A stretch of 64,000 nt of DNA. Origin: an uncultured Gammaproteobacteria bacterium (lineage in GTDB: Bacteria > Patescibacteriota > Microgenomatia > UBA1406 > HO2-37-13b). Positions 29,621 to 38,815 of the stretch are shown piece after piece. The stretch covers positions 259,058 through 323,057 of the forward strand of contig CAZTFB010000001.1 of assembly GCA_964612595.1 (NCBI GenBank), given 5' to 3'. Positions within the stretch are counted from its first letter, which is position 1. The number at the start of each line of letters is the position of its first letter. Both the position numbers and the translations under genes were made by a program. The notes beneath the pieces were generated by a model, which ran no database searches, was not told where the DNA came from, and saw nothing but the letters and a program-made list of their open reading frames with translations.

Positions 29621-29629
29621 TGATATAAT
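29621..29629 (+). promoter_or_regulatory. Extended -10 promoter of tRNA-Pro
   Basis: TGaTATAAT lies 11 nt upstream of the tRNA 5-prime end. Confidence 0.5.
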
Positions 29630-29640
29630 GAGTTTTGACT

Positions 29641-29714
29641 CGGGGTATAGCTCAGATGGCTAGAGTGCGCGCTTTGGGAGCGTGAGGTCGTGGGTTCGAG
29701 TCCCGCTACCCCGA
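29641..29714 (+). tRNA. tRNA-Pro (anticodon TGG)
   Basis: Hand-folded cloverleaf: acceptor CGGGGTA/TACCCCG, anticodon loop TTTGGGA, T-loop TTCGAGT. No CCA is encoded. Confidence 0.9.
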
Positions 29715-29719
29715 CAGAC

Positions 29720-30349
29720 TTACTTTTTCTTCACGATAAAATACTCTTCTTTCGGCAGGCTCTGAAGATGCTTCTCAACAGTCTCCATATCGCTTCTCTG
29801 GGAGGTATGACAATGCATCGAGGCAATTCGCTCATCCCAAACATCTGAAACATCAACAATTTCATCAACTTCATCTCGACCATATCCATCTGGAAAGTAA
29901 ATAAAGTAATTTTTTATCAAATCACGATGCTCTTTACTTATGCAAAAGTACCAGAGCTCTTCTACATAGTCCAACTTTTCAAATAGATACGACGTAGTCA
30001 AAGAAATCACAACATGGTCAATATGTCCAGAAACACCTCTTTGTTCGAAAGTTAGGAGCCTTTCTTGTTTATGAATATCAAGAATGTTACGAATGTCATC
30101 TACAAGTGTGTGATATGTATTGTTCGAAAGCGTCCCGTCGCCATAATGCAGGAAAAAAACCTTAGTAATACCTAAAATCTTTGTTGATGATGCAATCTCT
30201 TTTTCACGAATATTTCCTAGCCCACCTATATCACCTGATGTTGCACAAATAATATACACATCATGATTTTTAGAAAGTTTTGCAAGTGTTCCCCCAGGGC
30301 CGAATGATTCATCGTCAGGATGAGCAAAGATAGCAAAGATATTGGCCAT
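29720..30349 (-). CDS. PIG-L/LmbE family N-acetylglucosaminyl deacetylase
   Basis: 209 aa with IFAHPDDESFGPGGTLAK and the HxDH motif (GHIDH). Confidence 0.8.
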   Translation of the reverse strand: MANIFAIFAHPDDESFGPGGTLAKLSKNHDVYIICATSGDIGGLGNIREKEIASSTKILGITKVFFLHYGDGTLSNNTYHTLVDDIRNILDIHKQERLLTFEQRGVSGHIDHVVISLTTSYLFEKLDYVEELWYFCISKEHRDLIKNYFIYFPDGYGRDEVDEIVDVSDVWDERIASMHCHTSQRSDMETVEKHLQSLPKEEYFIVKKK

Positions 30350-30373
30350 ACGTGTATTATAATATAAGGTTAA

Positions 30374-30446
30374 GGCTGGGTAGCTCAGTGGTTAGAGCGG
30401 TCGTCTCATAAGCGACAGGTCGGGAGTTCGATCCTCCCCCCCGCCA
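30374..30446 (+). tRNA. tRNA with anticodon CAT, either elongator Met or lysidine-modified Ile2. It is not initiator-like.
   Basis: Hand-folded: acceptor GGCTGGG/CCCCGCC with one T:C mismatch, anticodon loop CTCATAA, T-loop TTCGATC. There is no GGG/CCC in the anticodon stem. Confidence 0.85.
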
Positions 30447-30448
30447 CC

Positions 30449-31483
30449 CTACATTTCAAGTTCAGCACGAGCGCTTCTTTGGACAGTATCAATATCTTTA
30501 GCCTGTGCTTCGAGACCCTTATAAAATGCTGCAACACCAATCATAGCAGCGTTATCGCCATATAGTTTTTTTGTATAGGGAAAATGTATAGTAACTCCAC
30601 ACTCACTCGCAGTTTTTCTCAATAAATTTCTCAAATACTCATTCGCACCTACGCCACCACCAACCAGAATGGACTTTACTTCAAACTGCTTAAGTGCCGC
30701 TTTCACTTTAATAGCTATGCTGGCGAACACCGTTTTCTGAAAGGATGCAGCTAAGTCTGCCATGTGTTCAATGCGCGCTTCTTCACCCATCTCACGAACC
30801 GCATATAGAAGCGCTGTTTTCACTCCAGAATATGAAAAATCTAGGTCTTTACTTTGTACCATCGGAATAGAAAGCTTAAGAAAAGTTTCGTCGCCCGATT
30901 GTGCGAGGCGCTCTATTACAGGCCCGCCGGGATACACCTGTTCATTCAAAATAATGCGTGCAGCTTTATCAAGTGCCTCGCCCGCTGCATCATCACGTGT
31001 TGTCCCAATCACTTCATATGATGTGTGCTTTTTCATATACACCATCTCCGTATGTCCACCCGATACCAATATTGCAAGACTAGGAAACGCAATATTTTTC
31101 TTCGGACTTCCTTTGCTATTTTTAGCAAAACAGGAATATATATGGCCCTCCATATGATTGACGGGAATGAGTGGCTTCTTATATTCAGTCGCGAGCTCCT
31201 TTGCTTTATTAATGCCAACACCAAGCGCAATCGCAAGTCCTGGACCATAGGTTACAGCGATTGCGTCAATATCATTGATACTTATTTTCGACGACTTCAA
31301 CGCCTTATCGACAATACCATCAATGCGCTCCTCATGATTTCGTCGCGCGATATCTGGCACAACACCGCCGAATTTTTCATGCATAAGGATCTGAGAGAAG
31401 GTTACGTTTGAAAGAATACAGTCATTGCTTGTTACCGCTGCGGCAGTCTCATCACAGGAAGTATCTATTGCAAGAATATTCAT
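30449..31483 (-). CDS. tsaD: tRNA N6-adenosine threonylcarbamoyltransferase TsaD
   Basis: 344 aa with MNILAIDTSCDETAAAV, HMEGH and SGGHT motifs. Confidence 0.9.
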   Translation of the reverse strand: MNILAIDTSCDETAAAVTSNDCILSNVTFSQILMHEKFGGVVPDIARRNHEERIDGIVDKALKSSKISINDIDAIAVTYGPGLAIALGVGINKAKELATEYKKPLIPVNHMEGHIYSCFAKNSKGSPKKNIAFPSLAILVSGGHTEMVYMKKHTSYEVIGTTRDDAAGEALDKAARIILNEQVYPGGPVIERLAQSGDETFLKLSIPMVQSKDLDFSYSGVKTALLYAVREMGEEARIEHMADLAASFQKTVFASIAIKVKAALKQFEVKSILVGGGVGANEYLRNLLRKTASECGVTIHFPYTKKLYGDNAAMIGVAAFYKGLEAQAKDIDTVQRSARAELEM

Positions 31484-32574
31484 TGCACAAAGTTTTTTTG
31501 AATAGTAATATGTCTTGAGGATTCACCGGTATAGTCTATATTTATAGAAACACAATTCATTGCGTTATTAAACTTATTCAAAAATTCCTCAGATTTCTCA
31601 CTCCATTCAATACACATGACATTTCCAGGTTTCAAAAATTCCTCAATTCCTAAATGATCAAACTCTGAAGTATCTTTTAGACGATAAAAATCTGCGTGAA
31701 TAAATTTTTTCACTGGATCCTTATGCGCATCATAATCATAGTAAATAACAAAGGTTGGCGACACCACTTTCTCAACACCAAGAAATGTCGCCATAGACTT
31801 TACAAATACCGTTTTTCCAGCTCCTAACGTTCCGGTAAATACAAAAACAAGCGGTTTTTCTTTTGCGCGCGCATAATATTTCTCTATAACATTGCTCGCG
31901 ATAGTCTTTGTATCTTCTTCGCTTTTAGAATCATATTCCTCTTTTTCGCTTTGCAGTTGTAAAAGAGTGCCAAAATCCCCTTCCCGCAATATGGAAAGAG
32001 TATCTTTCGTCATATCGACCACAGTTGATGGTTTTCGTTGCGGCAGCTTTCCGGCATCAATGATGAGATCAATCATTGACTTTTTTTCATCAGAAAGAGC
32101 GTTTAGAAGTGCATCAACTGAATAATGAGGGGATTGACCCGCACGATTTGCTGAGGTCGCTGTAAGCGGGGTTCCATAGCTGTTCACCAACTCATTTACC
32201 AGATCATTTTCGGGAATGCGAACGCCCAGCGTTCCTTGTTCAGATTCCAAAAGCTGACTCGTATTATGTAATGAAGGTAATACTAACGTATACGGCCCAG
32301 GCAATAAAGATGACAATATAGCTATTTGAGAAGGCGATGTTTCCACGAATTTTTGTAACCTTTGCATTGTACCCACAAATACTGAGATGGGTTTTCCTGG
32401 AGGACGTGATTTAAAATATATCAGTTTTTGAACTGCCTTCTCATTACACGCATCAACTGAAACCCCATACACCGTGTCAGACGGCACAATAACTAAGCCG
32501 TCATTATGGAAAATTTTAAGTGCTTGATCGATGACTTCATCCTTATTTTTTGTTGTCAATGACAATATTTTCAT
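31480..32574 (-). CDS. Fusion protein: TsaC/Sua5 (YrdC domain, threonylcarbamoyl-AMP synthase) N-terminal plus TsaE (YjeE ATPase) C-terminal
   Basis: The N-terminal part has VIVPSDTVYGVSVDA and TSANRAGQ. The C-terminal part has GTLGAGKTVFVK, VVSPTFVI and HADFYRL. Confidence 0.8.
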   Translation of the reverse strand: MKILSLTTKNKDEVIDQALKIFHNDGLVIVPSDTVYGVSVDACNEKAVQKLIYFKSRPPGKPISVFVGTMQRLQKFVETSPSQIAILSSLLPGPYTLVLPSLHNTSQLLESEQGTLGVRIPENDLVNELVNSYGTPLTATSANRAGQSPHYSVDALLNALSDEKKSMIDLIIDAGKLPQRKPSTVVDMTKDTLSILREGDFGTLLQLQSEKEEYDSKSEEDTKTIASNVIEKYYARAKEKPLVFVFTGTLGAGKTVFVKSMATFLGVEKVVSPTFVIYYDYDAHKDPVKKFIHADFYRLKDTSEFDHLGIEEFLKPGNVMCIEWSEKSEEFLNKFNNAMNCVSINIDYTGESSRHITIQKNFVQ

Positions 32575-32604
32575 AGGTTTCGTTACTCAAATTCTATCAG
32601 AATC

Positions 32605-32613
32605 TGTTACAAT
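32605..32613 (+). promoter_or_regulatory. Extended -10 promoter of ftsH
   Basis: TGtTACAAT is followed by 9 nt and then ATG at 32623. There is no SD. Confidence 0.4.
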
Positions 32614-32622
32614 AGGGTTTCT

Positions 32623-34464
32623 ATGGCAAACCCAGTTCCGTCTAAAAAACAATCATTTGATCTGAAATTTAAATTCAATATTCGTACTGTTTTTGTAAGC
32701 ATCCTCGTGCTTATGTTTATTTTCACTGCTATAGCAGGCAGTTCTGGTCTGGAGAATTTTATCAAAGAAAAACCAATTAGTGCAGTCATTGGGGATATTA
32801 AGGCGGGTAAAGTGGAAAAAATTGAGCGAACGGGCAACTCATTCATTGTTAGTTACAAAGATGGCGGAAAATCTGTCACAAAAAAAGAAGCAGAAGATAG
32901 TTTCAGAAAAATACTTCAAGAATCGGGTATTGACCCAGAAAAAGTAAATATTGAAGTAAAAACTAACGATGATACTTCTCTTTTATCAAGTTTTGTTATT
33001 AATGTTATCCCTACTCTGCTTGTTATTATCTTTTTTATGTTTATTTTTCGCCAAGCAAGAGGCGCTCAGGATTCTATATTTTCTTTTGGTCAAGCAAAAT
33101 CAAAACGCTATTCTAAAAAAGTATCAAGTGTCACCTTTAAAGATGTTGCAGGTGTTGACGAAGCAAAAAAAGAGCTAGAAGAGATCGTCGACTTCTTAAA
33201 GAATCCAAAAAAATATAGTAAATTGGGAGCGCGTTCTCCGAAAGGTGTCATTCTTGTCGGTCCTGCAGGAACAGGAAAAACACTGCTTGCAAAGGCAGTC
33301 GCCGGCGAAAGTAATGTACCGTTCTTCTCGATCGCCGGTTCCGAATTTATGGAAATGTTGGTGGGTATTGGTGCGTCGCGAGTGCGCGATTTGTTTGCAA
33401 CCGCAAAGAAAAATGCGCCCGCAATAATCTTCATTGACGAGATCGATGCTATCGGGCGCACACGATCTGTTGGCGCAATGCCAGCACATGATGAACGAGA
33501 GCAAACCCTAAACCAAATTCTTGTCGAAATGGACGGGTTTGCACCAAACGATAAAGTTATTGTTATCGCAGCGACTAACAGAGGCGATCTCCTCGACTCT
33601 GCCCTCCTTCGTCCCGGTCGATTCGATCGCCGTGTTATGGTTGACTATCCTGATGTAGAAGGGCGCAAAGCAATTCTTGCTATCCATGCACGCAACAAAC
33701 CTTTTGATAAAGATGTGTCGTGGGACAAGATAGCGCGCCGCACCGTCGGCTTTTCGGGAGCCGACATTGAAAATATGTTAAATGAAGCAGCTATCTCTGC
33801 AGCACGTAATAATCGATCAACGGTTACCATGGACGACATGGAGGAAGCTGCCACCAAGGTGAAGCTTGGACCAGAAAAGAAACGTCTACAGTCGGATCTT
33901 GATAAGAAAATTACCGCATATCACGAAGGTGGACATGCAATCGTCACTCATTTTCAGCCAGATACCGACCCTGTTCATCGCATCTCGATCGTATCGCGCG
34001 GTATGTCACTTGGCCACACGCTTATTCCACCAAGTCAAGATCGCCTTCATCAAACAAAAACCCGTCTACTCCATATGATTACCTCAATGTTAGGAGGACG
34101 TGCTGCTGAAGAAGTAATATTTAATGAGATTACGACAGGTGCTTCCAATGATTTTGATCAGGCTACCTCTATTGCACGTGCAATGGTTGTCGATTACGGC
34201 ATGAGTGATCTTGGACCAGTTAATTATGGCGCGAGCCAGGACATCACAAACTGGGGTGGCTATTATGGCCAAAACTCAATTTCTGAGGAGACTATGCACC
34301 TTATTGATCTTGAAATTCAAAAAATTATTCAAGCATGCTATAAAGATGCCGTTGCCCTTATTAAGAAACATAAAACAAAACTTGATAAGGTTGCCGAAGC
34401 GCTCGTAAAAACTGAAAGCCTTGATGAGGATGAATTCGTCGCCATCGTAGGAAAAAACGTATGA
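32623..34464 (+). CDS. ftsH: ATP-dependent zinc metalloprotease FtsH
   Basis: 613 aa with two TM segments, Walker [12 protein letters not shown], and the HEGGH zinc site. Confidence 0.95.
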   Translation: MANPVPSKKQSFDLKFKFNIRTVFVSILVLMFIFTAIAGSSGLENFIKEKPISAVIGDIKAGKVEKIERTGNSFIVSYKDGGKSVTKKEAEDSFRKILQESGIDPEKVNIEVKTNDDTSLLSSFVINVIPTLLVIIFFMFIFRQARGAQDSIFSFGQAKSKRYSKKVSSVTFKDVAGVDEAKKELEEIVDFLKNPKKYSKLGARSPKGVILVGPAGTGKTLLAKAVAGESNVPFFSIAGSEFMEMLVGIGASRVRDLFATAKKNAPAIIFIDEIDAIGRTRSVGAMPAHDEREQTLNQILVEMDGFAPNDKVIVIAATNRGDLLDSALLRPGRFDRRVMVDYPDVEGRKAILAIHARNKPFDKDVSWDKIARRTVGFSGADIENMLNEAAISAARNNRSTVTMDDMEEAATKVKLGPEKKRLQSDLDKKITAYHEGGHAIVTHFQPDTDPVHRISIVSRGMSLGHTLIPPSQDRLHQTKTRLLHMITSMLGGRAAEEVIFNEITTGASNDFDQATSIARAMVVDYGMSDLGPVNYGASQDITNWGGYYGQNSISEETMHLIDLEIQKIIQACYKDAVALIKKHKTKLDKVAEALVKTESLDEDEFVAIVGKNV

Positions 34465-35390
34465 AGAAACTGCTTATCATAGATGGTAACGCATTAATGC
34501 ACAGAGCCTTCCATGCCCTTCCTGACTTCAGTAGTAAAGATGGTGTTCCCACGAATGCGATCTATGGTTTCGCAGGCGTTTTGCATAAGGTACGCAAAGA
34601 ACTCCAACCGGATAATATCATGGTCTGTTTTGACCATCCCGCCCCTACCTTTCGCGACGCACTTTTTAAGGAATACCGTACCCAACGGGCTAAAACTGAC
34701 GATAGCCTCATAAAACAGTTTCCTATTGTTCGCGAGTTTCTTACCGCAGCAGGGATTCTATATATTGAAAAAGAAGGTTTAGAGGCTGACGATCTTATCG
34801 CAATTGCTGTTAAAAAGGCAGAAAAAGAAGGTTTTACTACTATAGTATTAACTGGCGACAAAGATATCTTTCAGTTAGTTAGTAAACATACATTTGTATT
34901 AACGCCACAGATCGGTATGAGCAAGGAAGGAACGTTGTATGATGAACAAAAAGTCAAAGAAAAATTTGGTGTTGATCCAATACATATTCCAGATTATAAA
35001 GCTCTTGTTGGTGACCCATCAGATAACTATAAAGGTGTTCCTGGCATAGGACCAAAAGCAGCATTAGATTTGCTAGGAAAATACAAAACTGTTGAAAATC
35101 TGTACCATCATATTGATGAGTTACAAGGTACTAAAGTCCACGATTTACTCGTTACACATAAAGAAAGTGCACTTCTCGCAAAACAGCTCGCGGTATTGAT
35201 AGCTGAAGATGAAGAGGTTAAGCTAGAACTTGAAGCGACCAAATTTGAACAGTATAATGAAGCTCTAAGGGGATTTTTTGATGCTTATAACATAAGATCT
35301 TTACAACAACGTTATTTTGCAGATCAAAAAAGTTCGCCGGCAAAAAAAGAGGCTAAAAAAACTGCCGGCGCCCAACTAGATCTTTTTTAA
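34461..35390 (+). CDS. Stand-alone 5-prime-3-prime exonuclease / flap endonuclease (Pol I N-terminal domain homolog)
   Basis: 309 aa with LLIIDGNALMHRAFHAL, LEADDLIA, TGDKDIFQL and GVPGIGPK (H3TH). Confidence 0.85.
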   Translation: MKKLLIIDGNALMHRAFHALPDFSSKDGVPTNAIYGFAGVLHKVRKELQPDNIMVCFDHPAPTFRDALFKEYRTQRAKTDDSLIKQFPIVREFLTAAGILYIEKEGLEADDLIAIAVKKAEKEGFTTIVLTGDKDIFQLVSKHTFVLTPQIGMSKEGTLYDEQKVKEKFGVDPIHIPDYKALVGDPSDNYKGVPGIGPKAALDLLGKYKTVENLYHHIDELQGTKVHDLLVTHKESALLAKQLAVLIAEDEEVKLELEATKFEQYNEALRGFFDAYNIRSLQQRYFADQKSSPAKKEAKKTAGAQLDLF

Positions 35391-35391
35391 T

Positions 35392-36636
35392 ATGAACATA
35401 AAAAATATTCAAGGTCTTCAAATTCTTGATTCGCGAGGGAATCCAACAGTGAAGGCTTTCGTCGAACTTGAGAACGGCATTATAGGCTCAGCATCGGTAC
35501 CGTCAGGCGCTTCAACAGGATCCCACGAAGCACTTGAACTTAGAGATGGGGACAAAGCATATGGTGGCAAAGGAGTAATGAAGGCAATAAAGCATATTAA
35601 CACTACCATCTCCGATGCACTTAGAGGAATGCCGATCGACAATCTTGAAAAACTCGATACGGCGATGCTTCTCCTTGATACTTCACCTCAAAAAAGCACC
35701 ATCGGTGCAAACGCTATGCTTGCAGTTTCTATGGCTCTAGCTCGAACACTTTCCCTCTTCCAAAATCAACCATTATGGAAAACGCTCCACGAACAATATT
35801 TTGCCTCATACGAAACAGGTTTTCCACGATTGCTCGTAAACGTCATCAACGGTGGTGCTCATGCAAACTGGACTGTAGATTTTCAAGAATATATGTTTAT
35901 CCCCCAATCACAAAGCCCCAAAGACGCAGTGCGCCAAGCATCAGAGATTTTTCATGCACTTCGTTTACTATTAATTGAAAAAGGCACTTCAGTTGGTGTT
36001 GGCGATGAGGGCGGATTTGCGCCGATACTTTCAAATAATACCGAGGGATTCGCGCTTATTTCTGAAGCAATCGCAAATGCAGGTTACTCGCGAGAAAATA
36101 CAGATCTCGGTACCGATATCGCTGCCAGCGAATTCTATAAAGATGGAACATATATATTAAAAAGGGACAACAAAACGTTATCTTCAAAGGAACTTAAAGA
36201 GTATTACAGTGAACTCGACTCACAACACCATCTCTTACTTATGGAAGATCCTTTTTTCGAAGATGATATGGATAGTTTTGCAGATTTAACACAAACCTTC
36301 GGCTCTTCGCACATAATTGTAGGAGATGATTTTTATGCAACAAACTCTGAAATAATAAGTCGTGGTATTGAAAATAATGCAACAAACGCAGTTCTTATTA
36401 AGCTTAATCAAATCGGAAGCGTGTACGAAACTGCTCAAGCTATTCGCATGACAAAGGAAGCCGGATGGAAGGTTATAGTCTCTCATAGATCGGGTGAAAC
36501 TGAAGACTCATTCATTGCAGATCTTGCCGTCGCTTGCGGAGCAGATTTTATAAAAACTGGTTCTATGTCTCGTTCCGAACGACTTGCAAAGTATAATAGA
36601 CTCATCGAAATCGAAGCGCGTGAATTCTCAAAGTAA
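35392..36636 (+). CDS. eno: Enolase
   Basis: 414 aa with ILDSRGNPTV, SGASTGSHEA, IKLNQIGS and SHRSGETED. Confidence 0.95.
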   Translation: MNIKNIQGLQILDSRGNPTVKAFVELENGIIGSASVPSGASTGSHEALELRDGDKAYGGKGVMKAIKHINTTISDALRGMPIDNLEKLDTAMLLLDTSPQKSTIGANAMLAVSMALARTLSLFQNQPLWKTLHEQYFASYETGFPRLLVNVINGGAHANWTVDFQEYMFIPQSQSPKDAVRQASEIFHALRLLLIEKGTSVGVGDEGGFAPILSNNTEGFALISEAIANAGYSRENTDLGTDIAASEFYKDGTYILKRDNKTLSSKELKEYYSELDSQHHLLLMEDPFFEDDMDSFADLTQTFGSSHIIVGDDFYATNSEIISRGIENNATNAVLIKLNQIGSVYETAQAIRMTKEAGWKVIVSHRSGETEDSFIADLAVACGADFIKTGSMSRSERLAKYNRLIEIEAREFSK

Positions 36637-37614
36637 TGCCTTTACTTTTGTCAGCGCTTCATTCAATGTAATATTTTTGAGAGTAGCACCAGCAGCATTC
36701 TTATGTCCCCCACCCCCGAGCGCCGTAGCTAATGTCGACACATCGAACGCAACGTCTCTTGACCGGAATTCCAATCTAAAAACGCGCTTTTCTTCTTCAA
36801 TGATTAAAATACCGAGTTTTGTTCCTTCAATTTTGCTTAGATAATACACGACGAATTCATTTTTATGAGGAGATTTTCCATAAGTTAGCCACATATCATT
36901 TGGAATCGTAATAATAAGTGCATCTTTATATAATTCGGCTTGAGAAAATGCCTGACTCATAAACTGAAGTTCTGCTATATCCATTGAGCCTACAATGTTT
37001 TTTTTGATAAGTTCATAGTCAGCCCCATAACGAATAAGTTCTGCAGCACTCTGCAATACTTCTGGTGACAAGCCATACATAAAAAATCCTGTGTCACCAG
37101 CAATGCCGGTAAGCAATGTCGTCGCACGAACTTTAGTAAGTGGTTTATTTAGCTGCTTGGCTATTTCGAAAAGCATTGAACAGGTAGAGGGAAAGTATTC
37201 CTGTGTATCAACGATATTGACAGTTCCCCATCCTTTGTTGCTTATGTGGTGATCAATGACTACTGTTTGTAATGATTCTGGAATTGGTGAAGAGAAACCG
37301 TGTCTGTCAGCTGATGACATATCCAGTGCCCAGAATACGTCATAATCGCCCCAGGAAAACTCCTTTGAGGGGACGTAACGAATGCTCTCGAACCCTTGGA
37401 GAAATTTTAATGCTGCAGGAGGTTCATCTGCCGACACAATATCTACTTCATGACCATATTCCCTAAGTATGTCGGCCCACAAAAGATTACTTGCAACAGA
37501 GTCAGGGTCAGGATGACGATGGAGCGTAAGAATTGATGTCCTCGGTTTCTCTAATAAAAGGTTTAGTGTTTGAATGTTTGAGGCAATAATGCTTTCAATA
37601 TTTTTGGAAATCAT
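36628..37614 (-). CDS. DHH/DHHA1 family phosphoesterase (NrnA-like nanoRNase/pAp phosphatase)
   Basis: 328 aa with HRHPDPDSVAS, IDHH and GGGGHKNAAGA. Confidence 0.8.
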   Translation of the reverse strand: MISKNIESIIASNIQTLNLLLEKPRTSILTLHRHPDPDSVASNLLWADILREYGHEVDIVSADEPPAALKFLQGFESIRYVPSKEFSWGDYDVFWALDMSSADRHGFSSPIPESLQTVVIDHHISNKGWGTVNIVDTQEYFPSTCSMLFEIAKQLNKPLTKVRATTLLTGIAGDTGFFMYGLSPEVLQSAAELIRYGADYELIKKNIVGSMDIAELQFMSQAFSQAELYKDALIITIPNDMWLTYGKSPHKNEFVVYYLSKIEGTKLGILIIEEEKRVFRLEFRSRDVAFDVSTLATALGGGGHKNAAGATLKNITLNEALTKVKALL

Positions 37615-37657
37615 ATGAGGTTATTAAGGATATTATACGACAATATTGGCTTCAATC

Positions 37658-37715
37658 TGGTATAATCAGAATATCCTATAAGATTTTAGACGAATGTATT
37701 AGATTTTCTAATCTA
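37658..37715 (+). promoter_or_regulatory. Extended -10 promoter plus repeat/palindrome-containing long leader of the ATP-grasp gene
   Basis: TGgTATAAT at 37658-37666 gives a leader of about 85 nt. AGATTTT occurs at 37681 and 37701, and the palindrome TAGATTttctAATCTA lies at 37700-37715. Confidence 0.4.
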
Positions 37716-37757
37716 TTTATCCGAATTCTTCCTAAGACTTATTAATAATAGTGGCGT

Positions 37758-38798
37758 ATGACAAACTTATTCTATAAAAGAAAAACAATAAATGGCGAAA
37801 TCGAACTTAAAGGCATTGGTAAAAGTACTCGGATGGTGCTCGCTGAGGCTGAAAAACATGGTATTGTTTGGGTAAATATGCCTTTTACGAAGACATTTAA
37901 ACTTCAACATCTCGATTCGGTTAAGTTTTTTCACGGTCAAATTCCTTCAGAAACAACAGAGTACGCACATTACTGCTGTGCTAATAAAGATATTTCGAAT
38001 AGTTTGCTCGAAGCAGCTGGACTGTCTGTAAGCAAGGGTCATATATTGAAACATACAGACAGTCCTAAAGATCGTACACTTCTCTTCAGAAAACTCCAAA
38101 AGCCCCTTGTAGTAAAACCCGCAAACTCTCTACGTGGAAATAATGTACATGTCAATATCACTTCTCATTATAAATATAAAAAGGCAATAAACGAAATTTA
38201 CGCGAACCACAGCCAACGAAAAGTTAATATCCTTGTTGAGGAAATGTTTGTTGGGAATGAATATAGAATTTTAGCAACACAAGATAAGATATTGAGTGTC
38301 ATTCACCGCATTGCTGCAAATGTAGTAGGTGATGGAAGTTCGACTATTAAAGCGCTCATAGCTAAAAAGAATCTTGATCCAATTAGAAAAGAAGTGTCTA
38401 CCTATCATAGTATTATTATCGACAAGCAAGTTCGAGGATTTCTAAAAAAACAAAATCTTTCACTTATGACAATTCCAGAAAAAACGGAAAGAGTATTCCT
38501 GAGACCCCAGGGCCCATTAGATATTAGCCAGGGTGGCGATACGATTGATGTGATGGATGAGATTCATCCAAGTGTAAGAAAAATTGTTAAAAAAATAATG
38601 AAGAATTTACCAGGATTATCGCTGACTGGCATTGATTTTATGACTGAAGATATTCATGCGCAACAAACAGCCGATAATTATAGAATAATTGAAGTAAATG
38701 CATCTCCAAGTTTAGATTGGAATGAATATCCTCTAGAAGGTCCTCAGAGAAGAGTTGCCTACGAATTTCTAAAAATTATGTTCCCAAACTTGAATTAA
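37758..38798 (+). CDS. Stand-alone ATP-grasp ligase, colinear with the ATP-grasp (G) domain of cyanophycin synthetase CphA
   Basis: 346 aa with PLVVKPANSLRGNNV, NEYRILA, IAANVVGDGSSTIKALI, GGDTIDVMDEIHP, LTGIDFMTEDI and IIEVNASPSL. Confidence 0.75.
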   Translation: MTNLFYKRKTINGEIELKGIGKSTRMVLAEAEKHGIVWVNMPFTKTFKLQHLDSVKFFHGQIPSETTEYAHYCCANKDISNSLLEAAGLSVSKGHILKHTDSPKDRTLLFRKLQKPLVVKPANSLRGNNVHVNITSHYKYKKAINEIYANHSQRKVNILVEEMFVGNEYRILATQDKILSVIHRIAANVVGDGSSTIKALIAKKNLDPIRKEVSTYHSIIIDKQVRGFLKKQNLSLMTIPEKTERVFLRPQGPLDISQGGDTIDVMDEIHPSVRKIVKKIMKNLPGLSLTGIDFMTEDIHAQQTADNYRIIEVNASPSLDWNEYPLEGPQRRVAYEFLKIMFPNLN

Positions 38799-38815
38799 AC
38801 TTTACGTAGTCAAAT

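Noticed and set aside
4304-38798. Idea that the N-terminally short MurE-like ligase (4304-5515) and the CphA-like ATP-grasp protein (37758-38798) form a split cyanophycin synthetase.
   Set aside because: The genes are 33 kb apart on different strands. The Mur ligase sits in a canonical dcw position after ftsI and has the MurE-type GKGHE C-terminal motif. No cyanophycinase is present in the window.
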